Assembly (NCBI GenBank): GCA_028282585.1
Contig: JANQHR010000052.1
Location: forward strand, 32,001 to 96,000
Origin: Bacteroidales bacterium
Lineage (GTDB): Bacteria > Bacteroidota > Bacteroidia > Bacteroidales > UBA12077
Direction: 5' to 3'
Length of the DNA: 64,000 nucleotides
Within the stretch, counting starts at the first letter, position 1; each line of letters begins with the position of its first letter. The notes under the pieces were generated by a model that was given only the letters and a program-made list of their open reading frames with translations, had not been told where the DNA came from and did not search any database. Below, piece by piece: positions 57,387 through 64,000 of this stretch. A program made the translations under genes and the position numbers.

Positions 57387-57847
57387 GTAAGTTCTTCAAT
57401 TTCTATTCGAACAATCCTGTACCCTTTTAAAGATTCATTAGCTGCATAAACAATCCCGATAAAAACTGAGATCATACCTATCAGGAAAAAAACAAGGCTT
57501 AAAAATTCTACTTCATTGGACCTCGTATATAAATTAATCCCAATACACAAAGATGCGATGATAAAACATGCTACTGCAAAAGAATACGCGAATACAGCAT
57601 TTCGTACCATTCTTACACGTTCATTCAGGCGGTCAATCTGAATTCTTATGATATTTTCTCTTCGAATGTCATCATCAATTTTCTTATCTAAATGAAGAAG
57701 TTTTCTCTTCTCATCATTTAATAAACGAATCCTGTTTACTACAATTGAATATTTATTATTCATCCCAAGAATTAATAAACCGCAGGCTGATATCATCAAC
57801 CCCGGAGCCAGCATGGCTTGTATGATTTTAACTATTGAATAATCCAT
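57383..57847 (-). CDS. DUF2721-like membrane protein
   Basis: IQAMLAP..MISACGLL.L..NNKY...VNRIR.L; three TM segments. Confidence 0.75.
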   Translation of the reverse strand: MDYSIVKIIQAMLAPGLMISACGLLILGMNNKYSIVVNRIRLLNDEKRKLLHLDKKIDDDIRRENIIRIQIDRLNERVRMVRNAVFAYSFAVACFIIASLCIGINLYTRSNEVEFLSLVFFLIGMISVFIGIVYAANESLKGYRIVRIEIEELT

Positions 57848-57857
57848 GATAGTAAAT

Positions 57858-60035
57858 TTAATTAAACAACTGTTTTTCTTCTACTTTATGTTCTATCTCA
57901 ATTTCTTCAACCTTGGGCTTCCCATCAAATAATTTACGGTCTTTAAATTCAGCTGCTTTTCCGTCATTCCATTGTTTAACAGGGCGTAAATAACCAACAA
58001 TCCGAGAGTATACCGTACATTCCTGTTCTTTCCCTTTTTCCATGCATTTTGGGCAGGTTTTGTACTCACCGTATAAATATCCATGCTCGGGGCAAATACT
58101 AAACGTAGGCGAAAGTGTGATGTAAGGAAGCTTAAAATTATGTGTTATCTTTTTAATGATTTGTTTTACAGATGATGTTGACAATTGCTTTTCACCTAAA
58201 AAGGTATGGAAAACCGTACCTCCTGTGTATTTAGTTTGAAGGCCATCCTGTAAACGCAATGCTTCGAATAAGTCATCTGTAAAATTAACAGGCAACTGTG
58301 TTGAATTGGTATAATAGGGCTCTGCCCCTTTTTTTACAGCCTGTTCATTGGCTACCATAATATCAGGGTATTGCATTTTATCAATTCTTGCCAAGCGGTA
58401 TGTAGTTCCCTCAGCAGGTGTTGCTTCCAGGTTATAAATATGCCCTGTTTCTACCTGAAATTCTTCTAATTTCTTTCGCATAAACAACATCACTTTTTCT
58501 CCAAAGGCATGGCCCTCATTTTCTCCAATCCCTGCACCGATAAAATTGATACAACATTCGTTCATTCCAACAATTCCTATGGTAGAAAAATGGTTATCCC
58601 AGTACCTTTTATTCTTTTTATATAAATTTCTTAAATAGAACTTCGAATAAGGGTATAAGCCATTTTCAGTATATCTTTCAATAAGCTTTCGTTTAATTTC
58701 CAGGCTATTTTTTGCCAGTTCCATTAACCTTGTTAACCGTTGAAAGAATTCTTCCTCACCACTGGATTCATATCCCAGTTTAGGTAAGTTCAGTGTTACA
58801 ACACCAATTGACCCCGTTAGCGGGTTTGCCCCAAATAAACCTCCTCCCCGGTTTTTCAACTCACGTTTATCTAACCTTAACCTACAACACATACTCCTTA
58901 CGTCATCAGGGCTCATATCAGAATTTACAAAATTTGAAAAATATGGGATGCCATATTTCGAAGCCATTTCCCATATCGGTTCGTATTGTGGGTTGTCCCA
59001 GTCAAAATCCTTTGTAATGTTGTAAGTTGGTATCGGAAAAGAAAACACACTGCCGTTTGCATCTCCTTCGAGCATAACCTCTGCCAGTGCCTGGTTAAAT
59101 ACATCCATCTCCTCCTGGAATTCACCATATGTTTTTTCTTGAATTTCCCCACCGATAATTACCGGTTGGCTTTTTAAATTACCGGGGACTTTTAAATCAA
59201 TTGTAACATTGGTAAAAGGAGTTTGAAAACCAACGCGTGTAGGAACATTTATATTAAAAAAGAACTCTTGCAAACATTGTTTAACTTGCTGATAAGTTAA
59301 CTTATCATACCGAATGAACGGAGCCAGGTATGTATCGAAGCTTGAAAAAGCCTGTGCACCGGCAGCTTCTCCTTGCATGGTATAAAAGAAGTTAACAATT
59401 TGCCCTAAGGCCGTTCTTAAATGCTTTGGGGGTAAACTTTGTGTTTTTCCTTCAACACCTTTAAACCCGGTTAAAAGTAAATCTTCTAAATCCCACCCCA
59501 CGCAATAAACACTTAAAAATCCAAGGTCATGAATATGCAAGTTGCCTTTCTTATGTGCTTCTGCAATTTCGTTTGGATAAATCTGGTTCAACCAATATTG
59601 AGAACTTAGAATCGTAGAAACATGCTGGTTTAGGCCTTGCAGAGAGTAAGTTGAATTTGCACTTTCTTTAATCCTCCAATCATTTAACGAAATGTAATTT
59701 TCTATGATATCAATGTTAGAAAATATCTCCTTTGTTTCGCGAATATTTTGATGCTGGTACCTATAAATAATATAGGCTTTAGCGGCTTCAAAGCCACGAT
59801 TTTCAAACAGTACTTTTTCAACTAAATCCTGGACTATTTCAACGGTTGGAGTATTGTTTGAATTAAAGTTAATCTTCTCAACCACTTGCCCTGTTAACTT
59901 GTTTGCTAAATCACGGTTTGGTTTGCCCACCGCCCTCAATGCCCTGAAAATCGCAAAAGAAATTTTATCCTGGTCGAAAGGTGCAATTCTTCCATCACGT
60001 TTAATAATTGATTTTTTTTCTAAAGTTGCATTCAT
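57858..60035 (-). CDS. nrdD: Class III (anaerobic) ribonucleoside-triphosphate reductase with ATP cone
   Basis: IKRDG..FD..KI ATP cone, IHDL, SMCCRL, EATPAE, CPEHG..CPKC, VYSRIVGYLRP glycyl-radical motif. Confidence 0.95.
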   Translation of the reverse strand: MNATLEKKSIIKRDGRIAPFDQDKISFAIFRALRAVGKPNRDLANKLTGQVVEKINFNSNNTPTVEIVQDLVEKVLFENRGFEAAKAYIIYRYQHQNIRETKEIFSNIDIIENYISLNDWRIKESANSTYSLQGLNQHVSTILSSQYWLNQIYPNEIAEAHKKGNLHIHDLGFLSVYCVGWDLEDLLLTGFKGVEGKTQSLPPKHLRTALGQIVNFFYTMQGEAAGAQAFSSFDTYLAPFIRYDKLTYQQVKQCLQEFFFNINVPTRVGFQTPFTNVTIDLKVPGNLKSQPVIIGGEIQEKTYGEFQEEMDVFNQALAEVMLEGDANGSVFSFPIPTYNITKDFDWDNPQYEPIWEMASKYGIPYFSNFVNSDMSPDDVRSMCCRLRLDKRELKNRGGGLFGANPLTGSIGVVTLNLPKLGYESSGEEEFFQRLTRLMELAKNSLEIKRKLIERYTENGLYPYSKFYLRNLYKKNKRYWDNHFSTIGIVGMNECCINFIGAGIGENEGHAFGEKVMLFMRKKLEEFQVETGHIYNLEATPAEGTTYRLARIDKMQYPDIMVANEQAVKKGAEPYYTNSTQLPVNFTDDLFEALRLQDGLQTKYTGGTVFHTFLGEKQLSTSSVKQIIKKITHNFKLPYITLSPTFSICPEHGYLYGEYKTCPKCMEKGKEQECTVYSRIVGYLRPVKQWNDGKAAEFKDRKLFDGKPKVEEIEIEHKVEEKQLFN

Positions 60036-60079
60036 TTTAAAAAAATTTAAGCGTTAATAATACAACTTCGGATATCAGT

Positions 60080-60107
60080 AAAGGAAGGAAAGTAATTACC
60101 TGCCTTT
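60080..60107 (-). promoter_or_regulatory. Riboswitch expression-platform hairpin
   Basis: Minus-strand aaaggcagg...ccttccttt stem; its ggcaggt can alternatively pair with the aptamer's acctgcc. Confidence 0.6.
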
Positions 60108-60135
60108 GCTTTTCACCCGAAAGCTACAGTTTAAT

Positions 60136-60372
60136 ATTGGCAGGTCTTCTGGCTTGTTCCGTGCTTTTTACCTTCTCACACTTTTTAACTAGTGTAATGG
60201 TATTTGTAAAAACATTTTGGGATCCCGGTGAATAATTCTTATTACCGGGATTCTATTTTAGTAATCTTTTTCTTTCATAATTTGAAAAAGCTAACTAAAA
60301 TTAGAACTTACAGCTGCGGGGACAGCTCCTGATTTAAACAGGATTCCCTCTTAATTCGCATTTGAAACCAAT
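60136..60372 (-). ncRNA. Cobalamin riboswitch upstream of nrdD
   Basis: Minus strand: ggt...aagagggaatcctg..aaatcaggagctgtcccgcagctgtaa... and B12-box aagccagaagacctgcc. Confidence 0.92.
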
Positions 60373-60607
60373 ACGGGAACAATTTTAAACAGAATTAACG
60401 TAGGCTTAAAATTGAGTTTTGAACAATTACACCGAATATGGGAATTAATAACCTATTAATTCAAGCATTTCGAATTGTTAATAACATTTGCAGATTTAGA
60501 TCGCTGTCAAATGAAATATGGCTGATTTAGCAATTTATACATCAAAATTTCATTTTAAAGAACCAAAATTTATCTTAATTTTGTCCACCTTACAAAACAA
60601 GAAAATC

Positions 60608-61483
60608 ATGAAATTATCTAATATTCTAAAGCTTTTTGTTGCAATAATACTATTGCATTCATGCGCTGTTTCAAAATTAACACAGGAAGGAAATACAGCT
60701 TACGAAGCAAGTAATTACGAAGAAGCCCTTTCAAAATACAGCCAAATAATTGAGAGTGCCGAAAATTCAGGCAAAAAAGCTAAAGCCCCTGTGTATGTAA
60801 ATGCAGGAATCTCAGCATTGGAACTGGAGCAAATAGATAAAGCAAGAAAATACCTTGAATCTGCTAAAGAATTACAATTCGCATCTCCCGGATTGTATGC
60901 AGCGCTTGCAAAAGTATATAAATCTATTGATAACCTATCTAAAGAAATAACAGCACTAGAGGCATACCATAAAAATTTTCCACAGGGAAAAGAAATTAAT
61001 GAAATAAATGCCCGCTTGGTTGAAACATATGTAGAAAGTGAAAATTGGGATTATGCGGTAGATTTATGGCCTACAGTTGAAGCACAAGCTCAATCGGATG
61101 TTCGTATGCTAGCAAACTATTTAACCGTACACAAAAATTTGAAAAATAATGAAACCTCCGAGCAATTAGCCAAGCAAATTGAAAAATTGGATAAAAACAA
61201 CATTACCTTGCTTGAATACAAAGCAGAGAAATATTTTTGGCTGGCCGAAAACCTTTACGTAAGTGAAATGAAAGCATATAAAAAGAAAAAGACCAGAAGC
61301 CAGTATAACAAATTGCTAAAAGCATTGGACAGGGTATGGCCTAATTTTAAAATTTCCCGGGACTTGTACCTGAAATTGTATAAAATAGACCCAAAACCAG
61401 AATATGCCAAATTTTTAGCACAAATTTATACCCGTTACGACGATAAGCAAAAGGCCGCTTACTACGAAAAAAGGTCGAAATAA
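60608..61483 (+). CDS. TPR-like lipoprotein
   Basis: ATG 60608 gives MKLSNILKLFVAIILLHSC lipobox, preceded by TAATTTTG at 60576-60583; helical repeats. Confidence 0.75.
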   Translation: MKLSNILKLFVAIILLHSCAVSKLTQEGNTAYEASNYEEALSKYSQIIESAENSGKKAKAPVYVNAGISALELEQIDKARKYLESAKELQFASPGLYAALAKVYKSIDNLSKEITALEAYHKNFPQGKEINEINARLVETYVESENWDYAVDLWPTVEAQAQSDVRMLANYLTVHKNLKNNETSEQLAKQIEKLDKNNITLLEYKAEKYFWLAENLYVSEMKAYKKKKTRSQYNKLLKALDRVWPNFKISRDLYLKLYKIDPKPEYAKFLAQIYTRYDDKQKAAYYEKRSK

Positions 61484-61574
61484 AGCAAAATATGGTTACG
61501 GGGGTTAAAATTAGCTCCCGTTTTTTATTCTTTTAAGTTTAAGATGTTAAATTTGAGGTTCCTAAAATTTACTG

Positions 61575-62885
61575 ATGATGAAGAATTTTCCGGAAGATAT
61601 TGACCAGCGTTCCAAAGAAGAAATAAAAAAGTACCAGGAAGCGCAGTTGCAAGAACTACTTCAATATGTAAATAAGAACTCAAAATTTTATTCAGGGCAA
61701 TTTAAAGAGTTTAACATTGATGTAAACCAAATTAAATCGCTAGAGGCGCTTCAAAAACTTCCTTTTACTACAAAAGATGACCTGTACGAACAAAACGATG
61801 ATTTTATTTGTGTTGATAAACAAAAGATTGTTGATTACATCACAACTTCAGGAACATTGGGCGACCCTGTTACATTTGCTATGACAGATGCCGATTTGGA
61901 AAGGTTAGCTTACAACGAATACATATCATTTAAATGCTCCAATGGAACAAAAGACGATATTTACCAGTTAATGGTAACACTTGACAGGAGGTTTATGGCA
62001 GGCCTTGCCTATTTTTTAGGAATTAAAAGGCTGGGTGCAGGAATGGTCCGCGTTGGAAACGGAATGATTGAATTGCAGTGGGACACCATCCGCAGAATAA
62101 AACCGAATGCTTTGGTCGCTGTGCCTTCGTTTATCCTTAAGCTCATTGAATATGCCGAAGCCAACGGAATTGACTATAGAAACTCAAGTATTAAAAAAGC
62201 AATATGTATTGGCGAAGCCTTAAGAAATCCTGATTTTACCTTAAATACCTTGGGCCAACGAATAAAAGATAAATGGGATATTAAATTATATTCAACCTAT
62301 GCATCCACTGAAATGGGAGCTGCTTTTGCCGAATGCGAAAATGGAATTGGAGGTCACCATAGGCCTGAATTACTTATTACTGAATTTGTGGATGAATACA
62401 ATAACCCGGTTCAAGATGGGCAGCCGGGTGAACTAGTAATTACAACTCTGGGAGTTGAAGGCATGCCTTTGATACGGTTTAAAACGGGCGACATTGTTGA
62501 ATATCATGCTGAACCATGCAAATGCGGGCGCAATTCGGTGCGGTTAGGGCCTGTTATTGGCCGTAAAAACGAAATGATCAAGTACAAAGGAACTACCCTC
62601 TACCCTCCAGCTTTATACGATATTCTGAATAATATGAAGGGAATTGAAAATTATATCATCGAAGTATCAACCAATCAGATTGGTACAGACGAAATTTTAA
62701 TTCGTATTGCAACCAATGGTAACAAACCTGATAATTTTGAAAAACTCATAAAAGACCATTTCAGGGCAAAGCTAAGGGTTGCCCCAACCATTCAATTCGA
62801 ATCTAAAGAATCAATAAACAAGGTAAAGTTCCCTGAATTAAAGCGTAAACCGGTTGTTTTTATTGATAAGAGGAAGAAGAAGTAA
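61575..62885 (+). CDS. Phenylacetate-CoA ligase family aryl-CoA/ACP ligase
   Basis: LPFTTK.DL, TTSGTLG.P, YASTE, GELVITTL...MPLIRFKTGD, GR..EMIK.KG. Confidence 0.9.
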   Translation: MMKNFPEDIDQRSKEEIKKYQEAQLQELLQYVNKNSKFYSGQFKEFNIDVNQIKSLEALQKLPFTTKDDLYEQNDDFICVDKQKIVDYITTSGTLGDPVTFAMTDADLERLAYNEYISFKCSNGTKDDIYQLMVTLDRRFMAGLAYFLGIKRLGAGMVRVGNGMIELQWDTIRRIKPNALVAVPSFILKLIEYAEANGIDYRNSSIKKAICIGEALRNPDFTLNTLGQRIKDKWDIKLYSTYASTEMGAAFAECENGIGGHHRPELLITEFVDEYNNPVQDGQPGELVITTLGVEGMPLIRFKTGDIVEYHAEPCKCGRNSVRLGPVIGRKNEMIKYKGTTLYPPALYDILNNMKGIENYIIEVSTNQIGTDEILIRIATNGNKPDNFEKLIKDHFRAKLRVAPTIQFESKESINKVKFPELKRKPVVFIDKRKKK

Positions 62886-63220
62886 AATTTTATATAGTAA
62901 AAGATTATAAATCAAAACCTACTGGTATTTCACTTGCAGTTTTTTATTATAAGACTATTATCTTATTATTCACTTTTATAAGGTTTTAATTTTATTTTTA
63001 TTTAAAAAGAATGATCAGCTAATTAACATTTATGAAATAATCCTTCCTTTCCTATTTTTTCTTACAAAACATTACCTCTGTTTTCATTGTTATAATATGT
63101 CATTTTAGTCAAACCAATATATGTAAGATACATGTAAAAGTATATTTGGGACATGTATATATATTTCTATTGACAACCAATAAATAAATTAATACCTTGT
63201 GGGCAACTCTAGTTTATTCT

Positions 63221-63640
63221 ATGAAAACCGAGTATCAAATAATTAATGAGGAAAAACTTTTATTACTAAAGTTTATTGGAGCCTGGTCTTTGGACGATTA
63301 TAAAAAATCACTGGAAAAATTTCTTCAAATGGAAAATCTTGAATCAATAAATAAAATATTGTCAGATTTTAGAGAAGTATCTTCTGAACAGGCGATAGGG
63401 CAAGTAAAAGAATTAGTCGAAATAAGAGAAAAAATCATCAAAAAGAAGTATACTCATGTACGTATTGTGAACAATCCATTAATAACCGGGCTTGCACATC
63501 TTTACCGTGAGGAGTTAAATAAAAAAGGGTATTTGGATAATTATTGTTCCACTATAGAACGTGCTATCACTATATTAAATCTGAATATTGAAACTAAGAA
63601 AGTGGAAAATTTACTTAATAATCTGGAAAATAATATATAA
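63221..63640 (+). CDS. Hypothetical protein (SpoIIAA/STAS-like fold possible)
   Basis: 140-aa ORF, IL.DFR motif; ATG 63221 preferred. Confidence 0.55.
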   Translation: MKTEYQIINEEKLLLLKFIGAWSLDDYKKSLEKFLQMENLESINKILSDFREVSSEQAIGQVKELVEIREKIIKKKYTHVRIVNNPLITGLAHLYREELNKKGYLDNYCSTIERAITILNLNIETKKVENLLNNLENNI

Positions 63641-63763
63641 TCCCTCTCTTAAGATTGCAGATTATCAGTAAAAATGAACAAACAACAAAATATTGAGTTT
63701 AAATAGAAATTATAAGAACCAAAAAGTAATTATAACTTATGTTGGGTGGAAAAATAAACTGAT

Positions 63764-64000
63764 ATGAAAAATAATCAAAATTGGCCGAATTTGGAATTTT
63801 CCCGATTGAAAGATACTTTGGAAACATTGCACCAGTGGATCCAGATTGTTGGTAAAATCAGACTGAAGACGATGCCATGGCAAAACCATTCTTGGCATAC
63901 AACTCTTTATATTACAACCAACGGATTTTCAACGCATAGCATTCCTTATCAAGGACGTGCCTTTCAGATTGATTTTGATTTCAAGATACACAAACTTTTT
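63764..64000 (+). CDS. DUF5996-like protein, N-terminal part (runs off window end)
   Basis: MKNNQNWPNL...TLHQWIQIVGKIRL...PWQNHSWHTTLY...FQIDFDF open to window edge. Confidence 0.7.
   Translation, partial: MKNNQNWPNLEFSRLKDTLETLHQWIQIVGKIRLKTMPWQNHSWHTTLYITTNGFSTHSIPYQGRAFQIDFDFKIHKLF

Larger units (their letters stand above)
17317..62885. other. Aryl-polyene/flexirubin-like biosynthetic gene cluster with B12-radical-SAM tailoring
   Basis: TAL, CoA ligase, 3 KS, 2 CLF-like, FabG, 2 dehydratases, 4 ACP, AcpS, thioesterase, LolA, MMPL, ABC exporter, GT2; boundaries approximate. Confidence 0.85.

Noticed and set aside
584-60057. Many 60-170-aa ORFs overlapping or antisense to larger genes (e.g. 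4503-4865, 28946-29314, 38915-39415)
   Set aside because: Shadow frames of well-supported genes; no recognisable motifs.
60518-60607. Longer start for the TPR lipoprotein
   Set aside because: Region contains the TAnnTTTG promoter; the signal peptide and lipobox only fit a start at 60608.
63700-63763. ttataac...gttgggtgg resembling an integron attC core
   Set aside because: No extended imperfect palindrome, no integrase and no repeated cassette boundaries visible.

Overview
AT-rich Bacteroidota (Bacteroidales/Marinilabiliales-like) chromosomal window, judged from TAnnTTTG promoters, gene content and lipoprotein signals. 1-20 kb is mostly housekeeping and envelope genes (DHODH-like, yggS, DUF1015-serA-serC, comB, gcvT, OmpA/TPR, RNase H, TonB receptor). 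About 17-63 kb is a large aryl-polyene/flexirubin-like type II FAS/PKS cluster: tyrosine ammonia-lyase, 3 KS plus 2 CLF-like proteins, 4 ACPs, MMPL, ABC exporter, CoA ligase. It has no recognisable darA/darB but carries three B12-dependent radical SAM enzymes, a sulfotransferase and two BtrH-like acyltransferases. A cobalamin-riboswitch-controlled nrdD-DUF2721-nrdG unit interrupts it. The most striking unexplained structure: five four-helix-bundle (23S-IVP/bAvd-like) genes, one pseudogenised, sit inside operons, each bracketed by two inverted arms of 4-6 degenerate 7-9-bp tandem repeats with a different motif per gene. Two 'empty' arm pairs with no gene also occur; one is interrupted by a 20-bp REP-like palindrome, the other is recruited into a lipoprotein signal peptide. 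A Y1/HUH transposase with a palindromic 3' module is also present. All family assignments come from motif recognition by eye; no database search was run.
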